Positions 12,085 to 23,800 of a stretch of 64,000 nt of DNA are shown here, one piece after another. This stretch comes from Anthoceros angustus. Its lineage: Eukaryota; Plantae; Anthocerotophyta. The translations under genes were made by a program, and so were the position numbers. Each line of letters begins with the position of its first letter. Position 1 is the stretch's first letter. Below the pieces are notes generated by a model that was not told the DNA's origin, made no database searches, and saw only the letters and a list, made by a program, of their open reading frames with translations. Location of the stretch: the NCBI GenBank assembly GCA_010909165.1, contig MU008191.1, positions 248,001 to 312,000 on the forward strand. The letters run 5' to 3'.

Positions 12085-13635
12085 TATTCCGCCTCGACGG
12101 ACCACTCCGCCGGACCTCGCCCGACGGACTTCATCGTTGGGTCCGCGGCTCCACAACCCTAAGTGTGTGCCCTCCACAACTCGTCGGACCTCGACGGACC
12201 ACTCCGCCGGACCTCGACGGACCACTCCATCGGACCTCGACGGACCACTCCATCGGACCTCGCCGGACGGACCACTCCATCGGACCTCGCCTCGACTCTA
12301 GCGCCCGCTCCTCAACTCGTCCGCCACAACTCCACCTCAACACACAGCTGACCCTTCTCCCTTATCCATTCCTGTAGTAGTCACAACACCAACACTGGCG
12401 ATGTATTCACACCAGCCGCCTTTGCCCCTTGCTTCACGTTGGAGAAGTGGCCGGCTGCATCCAGACCTCCGTTCAGCTGGCCCCAAGGATGGCTTCCAGC
12501 CCAGTCGCTAAGCGCCTCCTAATCCCTCGGGCACTTCACGTTGGAGAAGTGGCCAGCACTGCATCCCCAGCCTCCGCTCCCCAAGGGAATGGTCTCGTGC
12601 TTATTCCGCCTCGACGGACCTCGACGGACCACTCCGTCGGACCTCGACGGACTTCATCAGTTGGGTCCGCGGCTCCACAACCCTAAGTGTGTGCCCTCCA
12701 CAACTCGTCGGACCAGCGCGTGCCGGACCTTCCCACAAACCCGCCTGATTTCTCCAAGACCTACAGTTTAACGACGCTGCCCGTTCCGCTGCTACTCTAG
12801 CGCCCAGCGCTCCTCAACTCGTCCGCCACAACTCCACCTCAACACGCCGTAAACCCTTCTCCCTTATCCATTCCTTCCAGTAGTCACAACACCAACACTG
12901 GATGTATTCACACCAGCCGCCTTTGCCCCTTGCTTCACGCTCATGGAGAAGTGGCTTCAGCTGCATCCCCAGCCTCCGTTCCAAGGATGGCTTCCGCCAA
13001 GTCGCTAAGCGCCTCCTAATCCTCCCGCTTCACGTTGGAGAAGTGGCTTGCACTGCATCCCCACCTCGTTCCCGCGCCTCCAAGGTTAGTCTTGCAGAAA
13101 TCACCGAGCACCTCACGAGCTGAGTCCAGGCCGATGCGCACCCATCAAGCGTGTTGGCGGAGCTCGTCACGAGCTCTAAACACATCCTCTACCACCAATT
13201 AATCCCGCACGTGACGCAGAACTCCTCCGCCTCGAGCACGAAGGCAAGAGCACACGGAGCGCCAAGATGGTACCGGATAGTCTCGTCTTGGGCGCCAGCC
13301 TTCCTATACTCCCATACCCTAACCTAACCCGCCTATGTATGTATCATAACCCTAGGTCGGTAACCGCCGGACGTAGCTCATCACACGACTTCTTGCACCG
13401 TACTTAAACAAGAGATCCATGCCAGCGATGCCCACCAAACTAAACCACCCGCCGACCACTCCGGACCTCGACGGACCACTCCGTCGGACCTCGACGGACC
13501 ACTCCATCGGACCTCGCCGGGCGGACCCCTCCGTCGGACCTCGCCCGACGGACCCCTCCGTCGACCTCGCCCGGACGGACCACTCCGCCGGACCTCGCCC
13601 GACGGACCACTCCGTCGGACCTCGCCCGACGGACC
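12085..13635. repeat. Clusters of a ~23-27-bp GC-rich hairpin repeat (ggacctcgacggaccactccgtc) within a ~520-bp duplication
   Basis: Clusters at ~12085-12295, 12608-12660 and 13455-13635. The stretch 12060-12460 is repeated at 12580-13070. Confidence 0.9.
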
Positions 13636-14346
13636 TAGGGTCTAGGATTGCACACTAGTGCAATCGCCAAAAACACCTTATTGGCTAACTCCTCCTATCC
13701 CTCTTAACGAATGACCCAAAACAAAACAAGCCTAAGACAAGTCGCCAGGAGTACGGACATCGGATTTGGCACTCCACAAGGCGCCATTCAGACTGATTGT
13801 GGAGGTGCGCGTCACGCCTAACCTGTGTTGCGCAGCTTGAAGGAGATTTGGTGTCTCATCGTATGCATCTGGTTGCTTGTGATCAGGGCAATGGCAAGTG
13901 GGCGGCGCAGCAAGAAGGACTTGGCAGGAGTGGGAGAAGAAGGCCTGTCGTATGTGGAGAAACCTAAGCGTCAGAAGAAATCGAAAGCGAAGAAGGCAGA
14001 TCACACCAAGCCGACCCGGGCGGAGAGGATGGACACCCGGGTTCTGGCCGACCTGGTCTTCCAATTCAAGGCGCCACTTGAAGGCGAACGCAGGCACGAT
14101 TTTGGAGGCGACGCCCTCGAACTTTCTCGATCCCCGGATCAAGGTGAGCACAACGGCGAGTCAGGTGAGGAAAATCGTGATGGCAAACTCACAGAAGACA
14201 GCTGCCGCAAATTCTAATCCTTCGCCTTTTACGTTTGAGGAGACTGTTCAATTGCGCAGACACACTAACCAGATTGATGACACGATTGTCCGAGAGAAGG
14301 ACTAGCTTTTGACACAGAGTGCAGAACCAGAGGAAGACAATGTGGT

Positions 14347-15327
14347 GTGGACACCTATGTTGAAATTATGGATTTATGGCCACAACGGTGCTTTGCCGAA
14401 TCAGAGAGCCAGGGCTGGATTTGTGGTATGGGCAACGTTAATAGAAGCGGACCTCTCCTAGCACTGCGGTCTAGGGACAAAAAGGGCACACTTCCAGGTT
14501 TAAAGGCAACAGAGGGTGTGGCCCATCTTAAAGAAGGGCTCTCTGGCTTGCGTGCATATATTGCCGCAGATGAACATTTGTGGTGGGAGGCCTTCTGGGA
14601 GGACTAGCATGAGATTGCGGTTATCGTGGAGAACAACATTGGCCTGGCGCTCCAAAAGCCGTGGAAATGGTTTTCAAGGTCGGACGTTGAAGATACAGTA
14701 CAGCCTTTGCGCTTACCGAATGAAACCCTTCTGGACGAAGCATTATTGAGGGAGCTTCCACGGCGTGATATGTACTTAGGGGCTTACCAGCGAGTGCCTC
14801 GACAGCAGCAAGAAATGGAGCAACTGAATGGCGATGTGGCTGACATTGAAAATGGAATGTTCATCGCAATTCCATGCTTGACGGATACGCACAACAGATC
14901 TTTTTGGATAGGAAGAGTAGTGGAAGTGAAACATGATGCTTTACGACCGAGTCTGCTGGTCCACTGGTACAGGACGGAACATACGGACGCTTACGAAGGA
15001 CGATATGTTGAGGAGTACATCATCCGCGGACAAAGGCCCAAGCATTGCGGGGGCAGGTCATCAAGGCAAGGGTCAAAGACCGTGTTCCCCAAAAACATAC
15101 AAGAGATTCACATCAATGATACAGTAATATTGTACTATGGTTTCAACCTTACTACGCGAAAGCATTTATACGCCAACGACAAAAGGGCTATAAAGGAGAA
15201 GCTAAACGAGATACACGGCTTCATTGAACCAGCCAGTGAAGATGTGTCAGATAATAGCGATGAGGAGGAGGCGGATATTGACAACATGGATGCTGATGAC
15301 GGAAACTGTGTACTGGAAGAACCTTAA
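14347..15327 (+). pseudogene. Second, diverged copy of the transposase C-terminal region (opposite strand)
   Basis: GPLLALRSRDKKG..EGVAHLKEGL..WWEAFWED*..ENNIGLAL..PWKW..LDEALLRELPRRDMYLGAYQ..WYRTEHTDAYEGRY aligns with 6967-7849(-). An in-frame stop lies at ~14605. Confidence 0.85.
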
Positions 15328-16735
15328 GGCGAACATGACTTCTGACATTGTCTTTGTTTATGGCTGTTGTTCTAGAAGAGGAATCATGAAAAACCTGTAT
15401 GCATCGGGCGGAGTGGGCAGTATTGCTTTTTTGTCTTTGCGTTTTTCATATGTTACACCACCCTAGTGGTCACTCTTTCATTTCGCAACAACCCTAAACA
15501 TAAATCTTCGATAATTGCGGTTCATGATTGAAACCACGGTTGGAAGTATGACACATGAACAGAACGCAACATTGTTCTGAGATTGTATGTCTTGGAAGGA
15601 CGGTGTCTGGCTTGAAGGTCCGTTCCACGAACACTTGTTCCTACAGAAGCTTCTGGAAAGATGGACATGAAAAGGAGGGTCACTGTTAACAGTTTGAACT
15701 ATTTCACACACATGCATTCCGTCCATACATGATTCTTCATGGTGATCATGGTCCACTGGGTAGGTGGGGCATGACATGATTTGGCTCCGGCAAAGCGGCG
15801 CCGAATCCCAGCCTTTATGCCAGTAGTAGAGACTATCAATCCAAGCCGGGGTGGGTACAACGTCGGCTGCCGCAGGGTCGGCGCCGACCCCAACAGAATC
15901 ATGTCCGAGAAATGTGAAAGTTGCATAAATAGGGATGATTTCTACCACCCTTTCCGTGTCATTTCATACCCTCTCAAGTTTAACAGCCACTACCGGACAT
16001 GGTGCATAGGGTTTGAGGCCCAGAATGGTATCATCTTCTGAAATGACCAAGTCTTTGTACGATTGACCGGCCGGAATGGGGAAGTTCATGGGCTCTATTT
16101 CGACACTTGCACAGGTCTCTGCCTTTCCTAATACCATGCACACACACAAGGGTCCATGAAAGCGATGCGACCCCCGGGTGCACACCTTACTTTTGAGTGG
16201 GAAATTCTACATTTTCCGTGAACCACTGTTTCCCAACCCATTGCAAACCCCCTTTGGCGTATATTGTACAGAAAACCCCCTTCCTGTATATTTACCCCCT
16301 TGACGAATCCAGATGTTGTGCATGCCAAACAGATCTGTCAACAGATTCAAGTGAACTCCACGTGTGTGTATCTAGGGCGGCACTTCCGTTGCACACCGGT
16401 GCAGATACGTTCCGTGACCGAGTTGTCGAAGGCATTCCTGGACAGAAAAATGTAGGAACTTGTCCTGGCCTGCGTCCCGAGGTAGCCGCAATCGGAGGAG
16501 ACGGGAGGGCACGGGAAAATGAAGTGGCGACATGAGAATCACTGGGATCTCTTGCTTGTTTGCTTGCAACCCTGCCCTCGTTTCAGCTCGACGGACCGAT
16601 ATTCAGAAAATCGTAGTACAGGATACGGGACACCCTTTCTTGAGTGCTACGAACGTTTCATCGATCACGACGAGCCCATTTCAGTGCCCACGAAGCACCA
16701 AAACGTTCGTTAAAAGTGTATGAATTTTGTAGGTG

Positions 16736-17576
16736 TGTTAGGTTCTTCTATCCAACATACACCCCCAAACTTCTAGAATTCATGGAGCAACCTTAGCGAC
16801 CTAACAATTCTATTATGGTAGATGTATTTTAAACAATGAGAATTTCATGAAACACAAAATAAACACAACAAAGGTGTTGTCTTCTATACCTTTTGATAAT
16901 AACTTAATTTTTCCCTAACACTACTTTATAATCTTTAGGCTATAAATACAATGGGGGTACGGTCCTTTGCATAAAATGATCCTCATCACGCCTTAAATAG
17001 AGAATGTAAGTGTCTACACAATATTGTTCTTATCATGTTGTCAATAGAGAGTGAAGTGTTTTTGCACTATCTAAATGGGCAAATGTCGGTGGTCACAGCA
17101 TTATGGGTCTTAGTCGCGAAACATTCACAAGTAACTCGAAAACAAGATTCCGCAATACCGCTCCAGGTTCGGCCTAAACTGCTACTATAAATGGCTAATG
17201 GCAATCCAGCATTATCCATAATCGAAAAATAACTTTACTAAATTATTAATATCAATGATAAACCTACCAAGGAAGGAATGTGTTTTCACTCGGGAAAAGG
17301 CAACAGTTTTTTCTGGACCCTACCATGTGGTGGGACAACAGACGAGATAGGAAGAGCTCCTACTTCCGGCGTAAGAGGTCCGGCGAGGTCCTTACAACGA
17401 TCAAGAGTAGTTGCATATGCTCTCACATTGAAAAGTATGGTGAAACGTTATTCACAAGAGTCTTAAACTGAAGCGTTGTAGACAAACCCTAAATGTCTAA
17501 TTATCAAGTGTCGCTTAATATTAATACTATATTATTGTGAACCGTACCCTAAGGGCTGGGGGTTAGAACTTTAACA
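16736..17576 (-). mobile_element. Probable 3' LTR of the Ty1/Copia element
   Basis: On the minus strand a purine tract AAGTGGGAG (17585-17577) directly precedes TGTTA. A matching TAACA terminus is found at 16740-16736. This distal end is less certain. Confidence 0.55.
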
Positions 17577-19400
17577 CTCCCACTTAATGTCTAGCTCTTA
17601 GGCTTTGTAGTCTTCTACTGCGCTTGATTAGTTGCTTGTGATAGGCTTCGTAGTCCCATGCCGGCTGCGGGTTGTTGATGCTTTATGGCGGTAAGTGTCT
17701 TGGTTAGTATATTGGCTAATATCAGCGCTATCGGCTAACATCAGTGTGACTACTACAGTATGCAGAATCTAGCCAAGGCTAACTAGACGATATGACTGGC
17801 CATACAATGATGCCTAACACCCAACAAATATGATCGGCCATACAATGGCGCCCACCACTCGACAATACCTTGCCATACAATAGCACCCAACGCCCAACAA
17901 TAATGGCGCCCAATTAACGTCCAATAATGGTGCCCAACGCCCAACAATGGCTTGCCATATAATGGCGCCCAACGCCATCTACAACAAGGGAGCCATATCA
18001 TTAATCCACTGCTGCAAATGGCCTCCAATCATATTTTTTGTGATTAATAACAATGATAAAGAGTTTAAAAAATAAAGAACATATTTTCAGAAAAATGCTT
18101 TACAACGTAATCTACAACAAGGGAGCCAGATCATAAATCGCTATTGTAAATGGCCTTTAATCATATTTTTATGATTAATAATAATAATAGTTAAAAATAA
18201 AAAAACACATTTTGAGAAAAATATTTTACAACGTAATCTACAACAAGGAAGCCGCGTCATCAATCGCTATTGTAAATGGCCTCCAATCATTTTTTATTAA
18301 TAATAATAATAAAGAGTTTTGAAGAAATAAAGAATAAATTTTGAGAAAAAGGCTTTACAACAAAATCTACAACAAGGGAGCCACGTCATTGCATGCCGTT
18401 GTAAATGGCTTCCAATCATATTTTTGTGATATAAAGATCAAATTTTGATAAAAAGTCTTTTACTACGTAATCTACAACGAGGGAGCCACGTCATCAATCC
18501 ATTGTTGTAAATAAGCACCCAAAAGAGTGCCACATCATCCAACTAGAACCCCTGTTGTTTACCGAGTCTGAAAACTTGGCACATCAGCGAAACTGAAACC
18601 AATTTACAACGGAGGTTTTTAGATGTTGTAAAGATTGGGACATTTACAAAAGGGTTTTGTAAAACCCCGTTCTCCCTAGCAGCGAGCTCTGTCGGTAAAT
18701 ATAATACCTCAAATTTACTATCTTCTACCATTTTTCGGATAAAATGGAATTGAACTTCTATGTGTTTGGTCCTCGCATGGGACTTTGGATTATAAGTGAG
18801 TGCAATAGCACTCTGATTGTCATAGTACAGCGGTCTTGGTATTTGTTGCACTTTGGAGAGTTCGGGTAGCTGTAGAAGCTGCCATAGGCCATCCTTGCTA
18901 GCATGAGTGAGTGAGCAATACTCCGCTTCGGTCGAACTGAGTGCCACTACTTGTTGTCGCTTGCTGCTCCAGCTTGTTGCTGTTTCGCAAGCATGTACAA
19001 GAAGCTACTTGTGCTCCTCGTATCAATAGGATTTCCTGCCCATTCAGCATCGTTATAGCCTTCAAGTTATAGAGGTTCACCTTGCTTCGTAGATGACTGG
19101 TATAAGAGTCTTGTGTCAGGTGTTGCTCTCAAGTATCTGAACATCCGCTTGGCTGCCTTTCAATGAGCTTGAGTCGGAGTTGATAAGTCCTGGGATAATG
19201 CTCCCACTGAAAGGTCCGGCCTAGTGCAAATCATAAGATACATTAGGCTTCCAATAGCAGAGGAGTATGGTGGCTGGTTCCCGCTTGAAGGAGTTGTCTC
19301 ATGATCTTCCTCTTTGCTAAGTTTTAAGTTAGCCTCCATAAGCGTAGAAATGGCCTCAGCTTCTAAGAGGTTGTACTTAGTTAGAACTAAGCTTCCTGAA
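17577..19400 (-). mobile_element. Degenerate Ty1/Copia RT-RNase H remnant, split by an insertion
   Basis: Motifs YSSAIGSLMYLMICTRPDLS, VALSSTEAEY and DNQSAIALTYNPKSHARTKHIEVQFHFIR..YLPTE (to ~18688). The frame resumes as LANILTKTL..GMGL at ~17720-17650. Stops and frameshifts are present. Confidence 0.9.
17976..18512. repeat. ~128-bp AT-rich minisatellite, about 4.5 units (preceded by short caataatggcgcccaacgcc repeats at 17800-17975)
   Basis: aatctacaacaagggagccacgtcat..gtaaatggcctccaatcatattttt recurs at ~17977, 18110, 18236, 18365 and 18470. Confidence 0.9.
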
Positions 19401-20873
19401 TATACTTAGATAATATTTCATCATAGATTTTATGAGTTCCTTGCAAGGATTTTACTACCCTTTTCAATTTCAAAAAATATATTACTATTTACCAATAATT
19501 TTATGAGATACTTTTAAGATAACTTTTAATTTTCCATCCACATGAAGACTATGGGGTAATCATTCTAGAATTAATAAATGTCATCTTTCCGTTTGTAAAT
19601 ACTGTAGGGGCCTACACTTCTAAGCAAAGATTAAATTAGCTTTTATTTTTGCTATTTTTTATTTTTTAATCATTATATGTCAAAAAGTAAGAAATTGATT
19701 ACACCCAAAAGCAAGTACTCGAGTGTGGGAACGGATCGAGCCCGCCACCGCCTCAACCCATCTAGAACACCACTTCTTTGGCCTTGCCTTACTTTGGATG
19801 TGTCTAGTATATTAGTGCTCAAGAAGTGACGAATCGAAGACAACAATACTCCCTTGCTACCTGTTAAATTATGGAAAATATTTTAAGCAGTGTTGAAATT
19901 TCATCCTTAAAAAAAAAACTATTAGGGTACCCAAAATTGTAGCCCCTTATGGTGTGCTTAATATGGCTTGTTAGGGGTGAAATCTATAATGGACTTTTTG
20001 CCTCAACTTATCAACCAATATAAAGAGTGTTAGAGTGTAACTATAGAATGTAAGGAAAGACTAGTACGTATGTATTATGAAAAGTGCAAACAACAAACAA
20101 AAGCTAATTGAAGGGCTTAAATTTTATTCAGGAGAAAGCTCTCAAAATATATCAATTTGGTTATCCTGTATTACATGCTTCTACTAAGCAACAAATGGTC
20201 TCCAATTTGTAGGATAGCAAGAATGGGATAGTGCCCATTGAGGAGGCTATGTAGTTAAATTTCATAAGGTACAAGAAAAAATCTTAGGTTATTAAAGCGA
20301 CAGGGAGTGGATTTGAAGACAAATAACAAAAATGTGACAACTAAAGAAAACTTTGTATGATCTACAACTGTAACTTTAGAATACTCATTTCAACGAAATT
20401 GTGTTTGCAAAATGAAAGAAAGGAAGGTCTTCCAGCTTAACGCTTAGTCACACTATTATCTAGTAGGCTAAAAATTGTGCAAGATGATTTGTTGCTCAAA
20501 GAATATTGGATGGCTTTTGATAAAAGCAACACAAAGTAACATATAAATGATAAATGCAATAAAAATCAAAATATCAACATGGAGTTGTAAAGCATTACGT
20601 AGTACCGACAATAAATCGATTTATCAAATTGTACACCAACCTATTTCAAACTATGTTTGTCATCACTACTAAGAATTTTACACGATAGAGTGTAAACATG
20701 ATTTCTTTTGGTACATGAGATCTCTAAGATCCCGAAATGGAATTGAGGAGCAAACTACGTTGTAATTATATTCAACAATAGATGACGTCAGATTCATATG
20801 GAGAGTGGACCTCATGAAGTTTATGCTTTAGACATTTCAAACATATGAAATCTGCTATCATCCACATTTTAAC

Positions 20874-23800
20874 ATGTCGGAAGTAGTTGTTGCTCCTCCT
20901 GCCTCGAATCCTGAACCTGCACCAATTAGAGAATGGTCAATTCAGAATGCAGATGTTGATGTTGAACATCCGTTAAAAGAAGTAAGTATTTTTGATAGAG
21001 ACAAGATATGGTCAATGGAGTTTGTTTTGCTTCCTTTGGTTTAAATTGATATGTGTCCATGTCCATAACTGCTAATGCTACTCCATATTTCATGATAGCA
21101 TCGTAGAGATGCTGGCAGAACAAAGGAAGAGATTGAACGATTCAGTATTGCTGAGAACCTTGGTGAACTGGATCGTGCGAAAATGTTTTTGGCACTTGAT
21201 GCACATAGGGCAAGTAGTAATTTGCTTGTATAATGGTCTTATCATTTTATTCCATTGAAAAACAATCCAATCAAATTTCGATTGTTATATTGGTTGCAGC
21301 TACAACAAAGTTGTGCCTTAGAAAAGCTTCCTCTTTTATTTCGTGAACATGGATATGCAGCATATGAGACATTATTTGCTATATTAAATGAAAATCTTGA
21401 ACAATATGGACCTCAACTTCAGGTATCTTTAGTATCTTCTAGTACTTTTGAATACAATACATATCAAAAGACAAAATATCCGAGAGACATTTTCTTCATA
21501 GGTTCTTGCGGGAGAATCTTTTTGTCTTGTGCTAAAAGATAAGGCAAATCCTAAAGATGTAATACTTCTCTTCTATCTTTTTGAAATTTTACTATAACTT
21601 CATAAACAACAATTAAAAAACCAACCCATACTACAAAAAACAGAATATGTCTGAGCAATATTATTTCTAATTATGATGAACTTTTTGAATATCAAGTAGG
21701 TTTCTTCGTGGTTGTTACCCACTGTTATACAAATGCTGAATATAAATCGAAGTACAGAGGTGATGCGAGTATGGCTGGAAGTCCTTTGTCTAACTATTCC
21801 TTTGCTTCCTGTAAAGGTATAGAGCATGTCCTTTTGTCATTATACATGTTTATATTGTAGGAAAAAAATTATAATATGTTATAAAATTTTATAAATTACT
21901 ATTAAACAATGTACATAACAAATTGAATAGCCACAGTGAATTCATTATTACCATAATGATTTATTAGCTTGCAGGTTGTTGTTAGCGACTTATTACAATT
22001 AGCATTGACAAAAGGGGTGGTGGATGAAATTGCACAATCTCGAATTGTGTGTTGTCGTATTTTGGGAGCCATTGCACCTTTATTGAGTCGGCAAGAAATA
22101 GAACAAACATTCCTCCAAAAAGCAATGTCATTCTGTCAGGTGAATTTAACTAGAATATTGATGCTCTTTCTTGGTAGAAGAACTTGAACAAATATAGTGA
22201 GCGTAATTATGAAAGCTGATTCTCATGGACTTTTACGCAATCAATGAAGTATGTTAATAATTCTCTAGACTGTGATGACTTAGTTTATGTCCTCCCTTCA
22301 AGGAGTGACATCAAGACACGAGTTCATTGGAACTCCATAGTTAAGCATCCTTGAGACAAATCAGTGCATGGATGGGTGCCAACCATCCCCGGTTTCCTAG
22401 CCCTACAGAGCCACTTGCTGTAAACATCATGCCCTCATCTCCGCCAGTTATTATATTAGTATCCAATGGGATTACTCCAAATCAAAATCCTAGTGCGAGA
22501 CTTTGTTGTATAGGTTGAAAGATCGGCAAAGTCTCCGAATTCTCTAAAATGACTTAGTTTTATAGTCTAATGTTATTGTATTTCAGGATACAGACGCTGA
22601 GGTTCGCATATGCATGTGTGAACAACTTAATGGAATTGCACGTGCCATAGGAGTGGAAACAACTCAGGTGAAAATATGTGTTCTGCAACTTAATGTGATT
22701 TTTATAGAGTAGATAGGATAATTTATTTCAAAAATTCAAAAAACTTGCAATACTAATACGAGGTGTTTGAAATGAATGTATTTAAATAGAAAATTGTCTT
22801 GGTGGAACTCTATGAACTCTTAAAAGATGAAGAAGTATTAGTACACAATGCCGCATTTGAGTCACTAGTCCAACTCCTTGACTTTTTATCTTCGGAGATT
22901 AAGAAAACACAAGTTTTGCCTTTTATTCGCTCGTAATCCTGCTATCCTAGACGCTAAATGTTTATGCTATCCTAGACGCTAAATGTTTAAATGATCACTA
23001 AGTTTTTAGTCAAGAACATATTGGGTCAAATAACACTTAATTACATGTGTTGTAAACTTACAATTTGTTTGCTTAATCTTGTAGATTCTGTTCACAAACA
23101 GACCCATCATCTCTCTTATGTTTGTCAAGGTTATTTGGTGACATGGTGTTCAAGGTACATTTTCTAGATTGGATTTGAAATACTGAACATAATACTCCAT
23201 ATGAAATTATTTAAGGCCAATATGTATACCTTCTTCCAATTACAAAGGAGGCTATGTTGAGTGGATATTGCAGATGTCTAATGATCTTTCGGATGAAGAT
23301 ATTCAAAACCTAGTGGACGCATATAAAACACTTTCACGGCGATTACACGAAGAAATTCGACAAGTATGTTAGTTTCACTTCAAGGTTTTGAACCTCTAGA
23401 TTTGAAATCTATGCTTGAAAATGTACTCATAGTATGTAAACTATATAATTTTAGCATAAAAGTGCATGTTCAACTGGATATTTTCTGTTTTACAATTGTG
23501 TGCACATAACTTTTTAGCATAAAATTGCATGTTAAATTAGGTATTTTTGTTTTACAATTGTGTGCACAAAACTTTTCACCTCATGATCTCATTGTAACTT
23601 AAAGGTGTTAGGAGATATGCAATGAGTTTACATGTTGTATATCTGCAATTCGTGCAAGATCCTTCAATCTTAGTCCGCACAAACATGGCAGCATCATTCC
23701 TTGAGGTACAATTATACATCATTTAATGTACAATACTTGTTTGAACCATATTTTTGATTAAAATTTACAAGTAATAATCAATTGATACTTATTATAGATT

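Larger units (their letters stand above)
5272..16730. mobile_element. Nested, decayed DNA transposon block (DUF7869/Sola1-like DDE family) with cargo ORF remnants
   Basis: Contains transposase pieces on both strands, internal duplications, hairpin tandem repeats and a methyltransferase remnant. The outer boundaries are approximate. Confidence 0.75.

Noticed and set aside
12085-13635. Hairpin repeats as a CRISPR array
   Set aside because: The units are adjacent with no unique spacers, there are no cas genes, and the context is eukaryotic.
13825-14305. Lys-rich ORF pieces upstream of the second transposase copy
   Set aside because: They are probably part of the element but are frameshifted and have no recognisable domain.
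15660-15700. SDPPF in ORF 15478..15948(-) as the catalytic motif IV of the MTase
   Set aside because: It fits the strand of the 6130 remnant, but the apparently related frame at 6167-6370 lacks it and no other MTase motifs follow. It may be chance, so I did not use it as support.
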